DNA of 64,000 nucleotides, taken from the sequence record KT321315.1; one strand, written 5' to 3'. A model generated the notes under the pieces. The model saw nothing but the letters and a program-made list of their open reading frames with translations. It made no database searches and was not told the origin of the DNA. Position numbers and translations under genes: made by a program. This document shows, piece by piece, positions 22,853 through 31,360 of this stretch. Each line of letters opens with the position of its first letter. The stretch's first letter is position 1. Origin of the DNA: Enterobacter phage phiEap-3.

Positions 22853-24142
22853 ATGAGTGAAAAATTTTACACAATTAACAAGCTGGTGCGTCAGTCACAG
22901 CTACCGCCTGGCCTGTCTAAAAAGGTTCTTGATGAGGCAACCGGAACAGAAACAATTAACGTAGCTAATACCCGTCCGGATCTGGTATCTCTTACCCGTG
23001 CGGTAAACAACCTGATCTACGGTGAACTTGTAGCGATTCAGGAAACTAATTTGCCTACCGCAACCCTGTTCGGTGTGCGTTATCGTAACCCTAAAGGCGA
23101 TATGACGTTTTCCAGCGCTGCTACCTATTCCGGTAAGTATGCAAGCCGTGATAACATTCAAGTTGGTGCGGTTGGTACTGCCTACACCAAAGGCCAAGTT
23201 TTCAAACACCCGACAAGCGATGTCGTATACGAAGCAACTGATAGCGTAACTCTCGCAGGTGCTGATATTGATGAAGCGATTATGGTCGCAGTATTCAGCA
23301 ATAAATTACGCCTGGCAAGCGAAGCCGCGCCAACAAGTCAGTATGAAACCAGCGAAGATATTAGCACAACTTCTTTCGAAATGGATCGTTGGAATATCAA
23401 CGTTCGTTCCCGTAAATTCAAAACTGAAATGACCGTGGAACTTATGCAGGATCTGGAAGCAAACCAATTCAACGCAGAAAATGTGATTGAAGATGTTCTG
23501 GGTACTGTTGCCAGCGAAGAAGTAAACAAAGATATCATCCAGACTCTGATCAACGTATCAAATCGTTACAACGTTGATGGTGTGGTCACAAATGGCATTT
23601 TCGATGCTACAACCGCATACACTGCAAAGGATGCTCCGGCTTTAGGTCGTTTCCTGTATCAATTAGTGTGTGAAATGGGGCAGGAAATGAATAGAACGAC
23701 TTCATTTGAAGCTACCTATGTCCTGGCCTCTTCTCGCGTTGTAGGCGTTCTGGCTGCGTCTGGTTGGATGCATGAAACTGATGAAACCCACCCGTTAGCA
23801 ACAGGTCGACTTAAAAACGGTTATTATGTCTATACTGACACCAATACACCGTTTGATTACCTGCTGACTGGTTGCAAGTACGATCTGGGTGAAATGGATC
23901 ATGTTGGCTCTCTGTTCTATACGCCATACACAGAAGCTGATCAGGCAGGTTCGATCAAGATTTCTGTTGATCCTCAATCCTTACAACCTAAAGTTGCTAT
24001 TCTGATGCGCTACGGTTTATCGGTTAACCCGTATACCACTGCTGCTAATGAAAGACTTGTGAAAGGTGATGACTGGGTAAACCTCTCAGGCAAATCTAAA
24101 ATGAGTCAGATTGTTGGTATCAAACTTCCTAAACTGGGTTGA
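22853..24142 (+). CDS. 24: Capsid vertex protein gp24
   Basis: gp23 paralogue, sharing the 'VELMQDLEANQFNA' and 'PYTEA' regions with T4 gp24. The internal ATG carries an AGGAACATAAAATG ribosome-binding site; the track start at 22829 is TTG. Confidence 0.9.
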   Translation: MSEKFYTINKLVRQSQLPPGLSKKVLDEATGTETINVANTRPDLVSLTRAVNNLIYGELVAIQETNLPTATLFGVRYRNPKGDMTFSSAATYSGKYASRDNIQVGAVGTAYTKGQVFKHPTSDVVYEATDSVTLAGADIDEAIMVAVFSNKLRLASEAAPTSQYETSEDISTTSFEMDRWNINVRSRKFKTEMTVELMQDLEANQFNAENVIEDVLGTVASEEVNKDIIQTLINVSNRYNVDGVVTNGIFDATTAYTAKDAPALGRFLYQLVCEMGQEMNRTTSFEATYVLASSRVVGVLAASGWMHETDETHPLATGRLKNGYYVYTDTNTPFDYLLTGCKYDLGEMDHVGSLFYTPYTEADQAGSIKISVDPQSLQPKVAILMRYGLSVNPYTTAANERLVKGDDWVNLSGKSKMSQIVGIKLPKLG

Positions 24143-24176
24143 TAGTATAACCCAACGGGGATAATATTCAATAGGT

Positions 24177-24205
24177 GGAGTAGGGAAACTTACTCCATCT
24201 TTTAA
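24177..24205 (+). terminator. Terminator after gp24
   Basis: GGAGTA-GGGAAACT-TACTCC followed by ATCTTTT. Confidence 0.55.
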
Positions 24206-24320
24206 TAATTATTATAATTAATATTAAATTAGATCTTGAATTTATAAATGATTTATGATAAAATTTATTAATTATAATTATTATAGATCAAATAATTTTT
24301 GAAATCAAGTAAAAATAAAT

Positions 24321-24349
24321 TTGATTTTATTAATTAGATCATGTATAAT
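24321..24349 (+). promoter_or_regulatory. Sigma70-like early promoter upstream of uvsY (TTGATT-17-TATAAT)
   Basis: -35 TTGATT and -10 TATAAT with a 17-nt spacer that contains a GATC. Confidence 0.5.
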
Positions 24350-24388
24350 TATTCTTTTAATAATATATTATATTAGATCAAATAAAAT

Positions 24389-24416
24389 TTGACTACAAAT
24401 TAATATAGTATATTAT
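24389..24416 (+). promoter_or_regulatory. Sigma70-like promoter upstream of uvsY (TTGACT-16-TATTAT)
   Basis: Consensus-like hexamers ~30 nt before the uvsY ATG. Confidence 0.45.
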
Positions 24417-24446
24417 AGATCAACTGGGTAAATTGGTGAGTATGTT

Positions 24447-24866
24447 ATGAGTTTGAAATTAGAAGATCTGCAAAATGAACTTGAGAAGGATATGCTGATA
24501 GATCCCCTCAAGTTGCAATCAGAATCAGCGGATATCCCGAAGATTTGGGCTAAATGGCTTCGATACCATTCAAACGCTAAGAAAAAATTGATCCAACTTC
24601 ATGCGAAAAAAGAAGCTGATGTGAAGGATCGTATGCTGTACTACACCGGAAGGCATGACAAAGAAATGTGCGAAGTGGTGTATACTGGGACTACTGAAAT
24701 CAAAATCGCGATCGCTGGGGATCCGAAGATTGTAGAAACCAACAAGCTGATCCAGTATTATGACATGGTGGTAGATTTCACCAGCAAAGCACTGGATATC
24801 GTCAAAAACAAAGGATACTCTATCAAAAACATGTTAGAGATCCGTAAATTAGAAAGTGGTGCATAA
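24447..24866 (+). CDS. uvsY: Recombination mediator UvsY
   Basis: 139 aa versus 137 aa in T4. 'LEDLQNELEKD', 'LYYTGR' and 'QYYDMVVDF' match T4 UvsY. Confidence 0.85.
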   Translation: MSLKLEDLQNELEKDMLIDPLKLQSESADIPKIWAKWLRYHSNAKKKLIQLHAKKEADVKDRMLYYTGRHDKEMCEVVYTGTTEIKIAIAGDPKIVETNKLIQYYDMVVDFTSKALDIVKNKGYSIKNMLEIRKLESGA

Positions 24867-25042
24867 TGTCTACTGAAAATGAAAAATGTGTAGTGTGCAA
24901 GTGTCCGGTTCCTTCTACTGGTTTTGTGACTGAATCCGGGCGCGTGTGTAGTACTATCTGTGCTGACTACATCGCAGAAAAAACAAAAAACGGCGAGATC
25001 AACGAATCCGATGATCTGAATGAAGTTCAAATGTTGCTGTAG
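24866..25042 (+). CDS. Small Cys-rich (CxxC...C...C) protein, uvsY.-1-like
   Basis: 58 codons. Translationally coupled to uvsY by a TAATG overlap. Zn-ribbon-like cysteine spacing. Below the 60-aa track cutoff. Confidence 0.5.
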   Translation: MSTENEKCVVCKCPVPSTGFVTESGRVCSTICADYIAEKTKNGEINESDDLNEVQMLL

Positions 25043-25051
25043 GAGAATCTT

Positions 25052-25132
25052 ATGATTGGATACGGTGAAGGAATTACAGATCGTGATGAACGTCCAGATC
25101 TCTTAGAATCTGACGAACATCCTGATTTTTAG
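25052..25132 (+). CDS. 26-codon micro-ORF (uvsY.-2 position)
   Basis: GGAG ribosome-binding site 6 nt upstream of the ATG. Ends right before the late promoter at 25135. Confidence 0.25.
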   Translation: MIGYGEGITDRDERPDLLESDEHPDF

Positions 25133-25134
25133 GA

Positions 25135-25142
25135 TATAAATA
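25135..25142 (+). promoter_or_regulatory. T4-type late promoter TATAAATA heading a non-coding unit
   Basis: Exact octamer. No ORF with a ribosome-binding site before terminator 25473-25504. Confidence 0.6.
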
Positions 25143-25472
25143 CTATCGTAGGGCAAGGGCATGTTTACCGATGAATGCATTTTCATAATCGGATAAACCT
25201 ATGGCCTATATGGAATGCAACATATATTCGTGATTGGGATTTTTTTCTCAACCTGGAACCTTTAGGCTAACAGTGTGCAACGGCACGAACTACGATTATA
25301 CCACAGTACCCGAAAGGGGCTTGATAAAAGAATGCTGGATGATAGGCGTACTCTTTTGCGCCGTCCGATGGAGTTTACCTTCGGCGGGGTGATTGATAAC
25401 ATACCTTCGATCAAGGGCATGTGAATAGAATAGCCAGAATAGTACAGCACTGGCGTTAAGCAAATGTACAAA

Positions 25473-25504
25473 AGCCCCTTCCTTTCGGTTGGGGCTTCTT
25501 TTTT
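25473..25504. terminator. Bidirectional terminator between the non-coding unit and uvsW.1
   Basis: AGCCCC-(12 nt)-GGGGCT flanked by AAAA and TCTTTTTT. Confidence 0.65.
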
Positions 25505-25736
25505 AGAACTTTTCTTCTTCTCCGCTTTCGAGTTCGGCCTTTAATTCTTCGGCTCGACCTTTCAGCGCATCGCGCATAGAAATATCGTCTGACGGTGCAA
25601 CATCAACTTCTTTTACACGATTTTTGTAATATTTTTCAAGCTCTTTAAGGCCGTCCATAGTACGGCAAGAGGCGACCTTGCTCATGAAATCATCAATAGC
25701 CGCCTCATAAAGTCGAAAATCGTTGAAACTCTTCAT
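25503..25736 (-). CDS. uvsW.1: UvsW.1 (small UvsW-associated protein)
   Basis: 77 aa versus 76 aa in T4. Lies immediately 3' of uvsW on the same strand. Confidence 0.7.
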   Translation of the reverse strand: MKSFNDFRLYEAAIDDFMSKVASCRTMDGLKELEKYYKNRVKEVDVAPSDDISMRDALKGRAEELKAELESGEEEKF

Positions 25737-25744
25737 TTTAACCT

Positions 25745-27244
25745 CTAAATTTCGATTTGTTTGATCACGTAGTCAAACTTTTCTTCATTGTAAATGCGTA
25801 CTCGTTCGATCGCGTGTTTCATACCATAGTTTTTGTATGAATATTTATTTTTAGCATTTTTGGACTTTGCCAGCGTTGCTAAGTTATCAACCAAATCCCA
25901 AACAGTAGCAAGAGATTTAGAATCATGTTTACGCAGTACGCGCCCAATTGACTGTTTGACTATAACAGCAGATTTGCAAGGATGTCCGAAGATTATGTGA
26001 TGCAGGTTCTTAACAGAAATACCTGTACTCAGTACACCAATAGAACCGATTACGATCAGCCCCTTCGTTGATTCCGCGATCCGTTTCATTTCGTTTCGCT
26101 CATCAATTCCCGTTTCCCCAGAAATGTATACAACGTTGTCATATACCTTTTTGAGTTGCTCATACAGCCATTTACCATGTTTGATCTGATTGAACATCAC
26201 AAACACGTTTTCATCTTTTTCCCTTGCCAGTTTCAACGCCAGCTTACAGATCCATGCGTTACGCCTGGTATGCGATGTTATATACTTGATTTCGCTTTGG
26301 TAATCAGCCCCCTTCATTTTCTTAATCTCATCCTCTTTATATCTCATGAAGATGGTATTAATTCGAAGGTTGGTAACTTGACCTTCCTGCATCAACCGAT
26401 TTGTATCAACTGGCTTGAAGATTTGACCAAAAGCGCCAATGTATTGCATCATGTTTGCTTTGCCTTCTTTCAGAGAACCAGAAAGGCCAAACTTGAAAAT
26501 ACACTGATCCATTGTGTTGATGATCTTCTGTATGCTTTGTCCGGTTGATTTGTGGCATTCATCCACCATCAAACACATGAACTGCTGAAACCACTCAGGA
26601 GGCATTTTAACAGCCGATTGCCACGTAGACACGTAGATCAATGCATTACTGTTTTTAGCAGTTCCTGACCGTATTCCAAGCATTGCCTCGCGAGGTAAAA
26701 GGCGATAGTTGACGATATCACCGATCATCTGATCAACAAGGGCAGTTGTTGGGACAATGATTAGTACTTTGCCTGTGTAATTTTCCAGACACCAACGAGA
26801 TATCAATCCCTGAATAAGAGATTTACCCGCTGACGTTGGGAGGTTAAGCACAGCACGGCGGTTTTTAATCGCATGAAACACCGATTGTTTTTGATACCAA
26901 TACGGATCAATTTGCTTGTTTCCGTCGTATACTGGGTGTTCTTCTAACCACTTGTCAAAATCTGGCTGGGTAATTTCTTCTGTTTCGTGGATCTTAGGAT
27001 CCATCCAGATAGAATACCCGCGAGACTCCGCGAATTTTGTTACAAGATAGGCTAAACCGTAGGGCAGTTTCCCGTTATAGTCCATCAAGTATATGTAGCC
27101 GTTCCATCCACCATATTTGTATTTTGCCTGGTACTGATAACCTGGCGGCTGGAAGCTGAAATAGTCGCGCAATTCATAGACTATGTTAGCCTCTGCCTGA
27201 ATCTGCACATGACTAGTGTTAAGGAATTTGACTTCGATATCCAC
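25745..27244 (-). CDS. uvsW: UvsW SF2 DNA/RNA helicase
   Basis: 499 aa versus 503 aa in T4. 'NLPTSAGKS' Walker A, 'DECH' box, 'VLIIVPTTAL' and 'TVWDLVD' are collinear with T4 UvsW. Confidence 0.9.
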   Translation of the reverse strand: MDIEVKFLNTSHVQIQAEANIVYELRDYFSFQPPGYQYQAKYKYGGWNGYIYLMDYNGKLPYGLAYLVTKFAESRGYSIWMDPKIHETEEITQPDFDKWLEEHPVYDGNKQIDPYWYQKQSVFHAIKNRRAVLNLPTSAGKSLIQGLISRWCLENYTGKVLIIVPTTALVDQMIGDIVNYRLLPREAMLGIRSGTAKNSNALIYVSTWQSAVKMPPEWFQQFMCLMVDECHKSTGQSIQKIINTMDQCIFKFGLSGSLKEGKANMMQYIGAFGQIFKPVDTNRLMQEGQVTNLRINTIFMRYKEDEIKKMKGADYQSEIKYITSHTRRNAWICKLALKLAREKDENVFVMFNQIKHGKWLYEQLKKVYDNVVYISGETGIDERNEMKRIAESTKGLIVIGSIGVLSTGISVKNLHHIIFGHPCKSAVIVKQSIGRVLRKHDSKSLATVWDLVDNLATLAKSKNAKNKYSYKNYGMKHAIERVRIYNEEKFDYVIKQIEI

Positions 27245-27314
27245 TATGTGTATCCTATATACGGTTTATATGAATATTTATAGGCTAAATAATGATAAAC
27301 ATTGGAGAAATACA

Positions 27315-27893
27315 ATGAGTATTGATTACGAAAAGGTTGAAGGTTTCAAAGCCTTAGAACAAAAAGAAGCCAAATTACAGCTTGCTACCTACGCGCAAGA
27401 AACGTTTGATGTCAAACTGAACCGCCAGAAGTCATTCGAAAATATGCTTGCTGATCTGGAAGCTGCTGTACCAGCAGAAAAGCCGGAACTGTTGATCGAC
27501 TCCCCTGATCCGGAAATTGCTACATACGAAGGCGAACAATCCGTTCCTGGTGTTGCTCCGGAAGTTGCAGACCAGATTGAAATTGTTCCTGACGCTCTAC
27601 AAGCTCCTGTAAGCGATTCTGAGACGGTTTCTGATGAACTGGCATGGATGGAAGGGTTTACCCCGTCTATCATCATGATGGGCCGCTCTGTTTCGAATAC
27701 TGGCTTTTATACGTGTCCGTATTGGATCTATGATTGGATGAAACAAAATCCGGATTGGTATAAGCACCCTGATGGTTGCCCTCATTATTCAGCGCGTCAA
27801 ACCCTCAAGTCGCTGGCGTGGTACATGCACCGTGATGGGATGGTTACTGTACGGGAAACCAGAAACAGCCAGTTCGACACGTTCAAAAAATAA
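27315..27893 (+). CDS. Hypothetical protein (acidic N-terminal half, Cys/His/Trp-rich C-terminus)
   Basis: The internal ATG carries a GGAGAAATACAATG ribosome-binding site. Divergent from uvsW. Confidence 0.5.
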   Translation: MSIDYEKVEGFKALEQKEAKLQLATYAQETFDVKLNRQKSFENMLADLEAAVPAEKPELLIDSPDPEIATYEGEQSVPGVAPEVADQIEIVPDALQAPVSDSETVSDELAWMEGFTPSIIMMGRSVSNTGFYTCPYWIYDWMKQNPDWYKHPDGCPHYSARQTLKSLAWYMHRDGMVTVRETRNSQFDTFKK

Positions 27894-27906
27894 TTTTAAA
27901 AAGTAG

Positions 27907-27935
27907 TTGACCTTACCCTGCTGTTCGAGTATATT
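27907..27935 (+). promoter_or_regulatory. Sigma70-like early promoter (TTGACC-17-TATATT)
   Basis: Upstream of gene 27986-28297. Confidence 0.45.
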
Positions 27936-27985
27936 TGTATTCGAAGGCGGGGGAATGGCTCTCGCAGTGAAGAAGGAAATACAAA

Positions 27986-28297
27986 ATGAACATGATGAAA
28001 AATGCTTACTACCCAGTTCTGTTTGTTTGGGCTAATGGTGAAGTTAAGAAAATCGTCAATTCTAAAGCTCCTTATTACACTGTTGGTGAAGCACTTCGCC
28101 ACGCTGCGGAAGCAAATTATCCCGTTCATGCCGAACCTGGTTATGCTCGTTGGAACGGTTCTAAATGGGTTGCTGATACCTGGGACAACTACGAAGAAGA
28201 AAGAATGGAGTGTGATCCTGATTACGTATCTCGTCAAATGGAAGCTCATATGATTGCAGATCGTAGACTGGATAATGAAGCTCGCGGATTCTATTGA
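27986..28297 (+). CDS. Hypothetical protein
   Basis: Sigma70-like promoter at 27907-27935. AAGGAAATACAAAATG ribosome-binding site. Hairpin terminator directly downstream. Preferred over the antisense ORF 27896-28249. Confidence 0.5.
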   Translation: MNMMKNAYYPVLFVWANGEVKKIVNSKAPYYTVGEALRHAAEANYPVHAEPGYARWNGSKWVADTWDNYEEERMECDPDYVSRQMEAHMIADRRLDNEARGFY

Positions 28298-28303
28298 TTA
28301 ACA

Positions 28304-28327
28304 AGGGGCTACGGCCCCTTTTCTTTT
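28304..28327 (+). terminator. Rho-independent terminator
   Basis: GGGGC-TACG-GCCCC followed by TTTTCTTTT. Confidence 0.7.
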
Positions 28328-28336
28328 AGGTGAAAT

Positions 28337-28906
28337 ATGAACTTAAACCACGAATGTTTAAAAGATTTGAGCGATGGTAACGAAATTGGTAACGTTATTT
28401 TTCTTGATATCGATGGCGTTCTAAATAATATGCGGTGCATGAAATTTGGTGAACATATGGACATCGAATGCGCACGACACTTACGCCGGATAGTGAATCA
28501 CGCTAATTGTGATATCGTCATTTCCTCTACGTGGAGAATCGGCAACAGTACCCATAATCTACGTGAAATATTTTATCCGTGGGGATTGTATCGGATCATT
28601 GGTAAAACTTGCACCAACTTCCCTCATAGCACTGGAATGCGTGGTGATGAAATCAAGGCATGGATCGATACTTTCGGATGTAAAAACTATCTCATTCTTG
28701 ATGATGATACCGATATGCTTTCTTCACAAAAAGATCATTTTATTAAAACTGATGGGTTCGTTGGGTTGACCGAAGAACAATCCACTTATGCGATCCGTAA
28801 CATTTTCGGGGTTACTACTCCGTTTTGTCCTGAATGTAATGGGTATGGACGTGTTAACGGCTACGACAAATGCGGAACGTGTAACGGTAAAATACTCCGG
28901 CTATAA
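28337..28906 (+). CDS. HAD-superfamily phosphatase with C-terminal CxxC-x-CxxC zinc ribbon
   Basis: HAD motif I 'FLDIDGVLN', motif II 'VISSTW' and motif IV 'LILDDDTD'. The C-terminus is 'CPECNGYGRVNGYDKCGTCNGK'. Confidence 0.6.
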   Translation: MNLNHECLKDLSDGNEIGNVIFLDIDGVLNNMRCMKFGEHMDIECARHLRRIVNHANCDIVISSTWRIGNSTHNLREIFYPWGLYRIIGKTCTNFPHSTGMRGDEIKAWIDTFGCKNYLILDDDTDMLSSQKDHFIKTDGFVGLTEEQSTYAIRNIFGVTTPFCPECNGYGRVNGYDKCGTCNGKILRL

Positions 28907-28909
28907 ATA
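28902..28909 (+). promoter_or_regulatory. T4-type late promoter TATAAATA (hoc)
   Basis: GGCTATAAATACC ~26 nt upstream of the hoc ATG. Confidence 0.75.
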
Positions 28910-28934
28910 CCAATAAACATAAGAGGTTAAATTT

Positions 28935-29996
28935 ATGGCAATTCCTTCTGTAACAATTAGCGCCAACAAAAACGAACTTTTGATTGGCGAAACTTTGACC
29001 TTAGAGGTTGAAACTACTGAACTAGATCCGGGTGATGTGTTTCTGGCCTATCGTTGGCAAAAAGATGGTGTAGATATTCCAAGCGCAACCGCCGATACTT
29101 ACACAACTACTGTTGACGGTACAACTGCTGGCGATTATACCCTGATTTTAAAACACGGTGCTGATGAAGAATCAGCAACAGAAACCACGTCTGATACAAT
29201 CACCGTGACCACTTATCCTGTAATCGCATTTGGTACTGATTTACCTGCAACAAAATCTGTTGTTACTGGTAAAGAACTTACCCTGACTGTTGCGGTAACT
29301 GGCGGTAAAGCCCCGTATACCTACGTATGGAAACGCGGTTCTACTGTTGTTAGTGGTGATTCTGCAACCTTAACAATTAGCGCTGCTGCAAGTGGTGATG
29401 TTGGTTCATATACGGTAGAAGTGACGGATTCACTGGGTAACAGAAAAACTTCTGGTGCTTGTGCTGTTAGCGTTACGCCTGCTCTTGCATTTGATAAAAA
29501 CCTAAGCCCTACCTCTTCCGTAACACAGGATTCTGAATTGATCCTTAGTGTAACTGTATTGGGTGGTACTTCTCCTTATTCTTATGCATGGACTAAGGAT
29601 GATTCTCCGGTTGGCGACGATGCGGATACTCTTACCATAGCAAGTGCGGCTCTTGATGATGCAGGTTCGTATAAAGTTGTAGTCACTGATGCGAATTCAG
29701 ATACCATCACATCAACTGTATGTGTCGTAACTGTTAATCAAAATTCTGATGATCTCGTTTCTAAATGGACGGTTCACCCGATTCCGTGGCGTGATACCAG
29801 TTTTACCCCGATCGGTTATTGGGTACTTGATGAAATTCTGTATCAGAAAGCACAGGGTAAAGATTGGAAAACTGATTATGCTGATTACAAGTATAGTGAG
29901 GAAGTACAAACGATCCTGAAAGCGTTTATGGAAAATGGTGAATGTGAGATCCAGGATTCACGAAACGGTTATATTCATAAAATGAGTGAAATCTAA
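28935..29996 (+). CDS. hoc: Hoc (highly immunogenic outer capsid protein): three Ig-like repeats plus a C-terminal capsid-binding domain
   Basis: Three ~88-aa internal repeats with the 'YxWxKxG...D(S/A)GxYxVxVTD' Ig signature. TATAAATA late promoter at 28902. The domain architecture matches T4 Hoc. Confidence 0.8.
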   Translation: MAIPSVTISANKNELLIGETLTLEVETTELDPGDVFLAYRWQKDGVDIPSATADTYTTTVDGTTAGDYTLILKHGADEESATETTSDTITVTTYPVIAFGTDLPATKSVVTGKELTLTVAVTGGKAPYTYVWKRGSTVVSGDSATLTISAAASGDVGSYTVEVTDSLGNRKTSGACAVSVTPALAFDKNLSPTSSVTQDSELILSVTVLGGTSPYSYAWTKDDSPVGDDADTLTIASAALDDAGSYKVVVTDANSDTITSTVCVVTVNQNSDDLVSKWTVHPIPWRDTSFTPIGYWVLDEILYQKAQGKDWKTDYADYKYSEEVQTILKAFMENGECEIQDSRNGYIHKMSEI

Positions 29997-30006
29997 GAGG
30001 CTTTAA

Positions 30007-30282
30007 ATGGCAACTGAAAAATGGACTACGGTTCATCCTATTCCGTGGAGAAATACCAGTTTTACATATCTTCCATACTGGCTATACGATATTATCGTTG
30101 ATGCTTTTGAGAAAGGCGAAGACTGGCGTGATTATGCGGAAGAAAAATATAAATTAGAGTTTGATACTCTGAAAGAGGCGTTTGAAGATTATGGTGATAT
30201 TCATGTAATCGAATCTCGTAATGGTAAACTGGTTAGTCTGTTGTCATTGACTCCTGCTCCTGAACCAGATCCTGACCAATAA
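30007..30282 (+). CDS. Stand-alone paralogue of the Hoc C-terminal (capsid-binding) domain
   Basis: 'KWTTVHPIPWRNTSFTYLPYWLYD...ESRNGK' aligns with the Hoc C-terminus 'KWTVHPIPWRDTSFTPIGYWVLDE...DSRNGY'. GAGG ribosome-binding site. Confidence 0.6.
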   Translation: MATEKWTTVHPIPWRNTSFTYLPYWLYDIIVDAFEKGEDWRDYAEEKYKLEFDTLKEAFEDYGDIHVIESRNGKLVSLLSLTPAPEPDPDQ

Positions 30283-30295
30283 AATAAGGCAAACA

Positions 30296-30814
30296 ATGAA
30301 TACACTTCTTTTTGATTTCGACGACACTTTAGCAGAATTTTCTCAGGCTTTTTATGATAAGTTCGGTGTACGTCCGGAAGGAACGCCAAAAGAACGATAT
30401 GACGAAATGGCGGCTTCTTTGGTGCGTACTGATTTTTATAAAAACCTTCCCCGTATTCAGGCTGGGATCGACCTCCTTCAATGGAGTTTCCAACGCCGAA
30501 TCGGTGATCCTGCTACTTTGCTGCTTCGCGCGGAAGCGGTCAGCCCTCTTTGGGTTATGAAAGAAAAACTGAACTATACAGATAAGATTTGCGCTGAACT
30601 GGGGATCTCTCGTCTCGATTTTAGTCGCATTGACTATCCGGAACAGTTCGCAGAACATGCCTATCGTGGTGTTCTGATTTCCCGCAACCAGAAACATCTT
30701 GAAATCTGGAACAATTCTCATCTAGCTAATAAAGTTCCTGGTATTTTCCTTGCGGAAACACTGGAAGAAAATATTCAGCTAGTCACGGAAGCGCTTGCAA
30801 AGGCTAATCAATAA
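30296..30814 (+). CDS. NT5C-like 5'(3')-deoxyribonucleotidase (HAD family), paralogue A
   Basis: Motif I 'LLFDFDDTLAEF'. 'TDFYKNLPRIQAGIDLL' parallels 'TDFYENLEPIKEGFELF' in the convergent gene. Confidence 0.55.
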   Translation: MNTLLFDFDDTLAEFSQAFYDKFGVRPEGTPKERYDEMAASLVRTDFYKNLPRIQAGIDLLQWSFQRRIGDPATLLLRAEAVSPLWVMKEKLNYTDKICAELGISRLDFSRIDYPEQFAEHAYRGVLISRNQKHLEIWNNSHLANKVPGIFLAETLEENIQLVTEALAKANQ

Positions 30815-30821
30815 CAAAAAA

Positions 30822-30848
30822 GGGAACCGCAATGGTTCCCTTTCTTTT
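30822..30848. terminator. Bidirectional terminator between convergent NT5C paralogues
   Basis: GGGAACC-GCAAT-GGTTCCC with AAAAAA on the 5' side and TTTCTTTT on the 3' side. Confidence 0.75.
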
Positions 30849-31311
30849 ACAATCTTTTTAATTCATCAAGCGCGGTTTTCTTATCACCAACAAAGAGGAT
30901 TGCTTTACCTCCTGCTTTTCTGAAAGGCAACACCGCTTTTGCCCGATCGTCAAACAGAATTCCTTTACCAGCGAATGCTGCTTTTTCATGGCTACTTTTA
31001 ACGTAGTGGAATTCTGGAACGTAACCCAATACTTTTTGTAATGCTTTACGTTTTTGTTCGGCAACACCGTCAGAATTGAATTTACCGACACTGGTTAGTA
31101 TTGCTACATCACCAAGTGTTCTTAAATGATGGAATAATTCAAATCCTTCTTTGATTGGTTCCAGATTTTCGTAGAAATCAGTTTTGGCAATTTTTGCTTT
31201 GCACTTTTTCAACTCATCTTCTGTCATCATCGAGGGTTCGCCATACATTGGCACAAATGAACCTTCCCAGTCGAACAATACACCATCCATATCAAAGAAA
31301 AACTTATTCAT
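30847..31311 (-). CDS. NT5C-like 5'(3')-deoxyribonucleotidase (HAD family), paralogue B
   Basis: Motif I 'FFFDMDGVLFDW', typical of the NT5C family. Shares the bidirectional terminator 30822-30848 with paralogue A. Confidence 0.6.
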   Translation of the reverse strand: MNKFFFDMDGVLFDWEGSFVPMYGEPSMMTEDELKKCKAKIAKTDFYENLEPIKEGFELFHHLRTLGDVAILTSVGKFNSDGVAEQKRKALQKVLGYVPEFHYVKSSHEKAAFAGKGILFDDRAKAVLPFRKAGGKAILFVGDKKTALDELKRL

Positions 31312-31360
31312 ATCAATTCCTCAGTTTGTGTATGCATACTATAATGTTTAATCATTAATG

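Larger units (their letters stand above)
24205..24446. repeat. AT-rich intergenic region with five spaced T(T/A)AGATC(A) repeats (GATC-containing)
   Basis: TAGATC at ~24230, 24284, 24335, 24374 and 24416, spaced 39-54 bp apart. A ~25-nt direct repeat TAT(T)AGATCAAATAA..TTTGA occurs twice. The region is >85% A+T. Confidence 0.5.

Noticed and set aside
25262-25471. 69-aa minus-strand ORF inside the non-coding unit
   Set aside because: There is no ribosome-binding site. It would have to be transcribed through the bidirectional terminator. Its composition is atypical.
25150-25500. Possible tRNA or group I intron in the non-coding unit
   Set aside because: There is no 7-bp acceptor stem or GTTCGA T-loop context; the only TTCGATC is not flanked by a T-stem. 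There are no P7/P3-like conserved intron elements.
27896-28249. 117-aa minus-strand ORF overlapping 27986-28297
   Set aside because: The + strand ORF has a sigma70-like promoter, a good ribosome-binding site and a terminator. The minus ORF has none of these.
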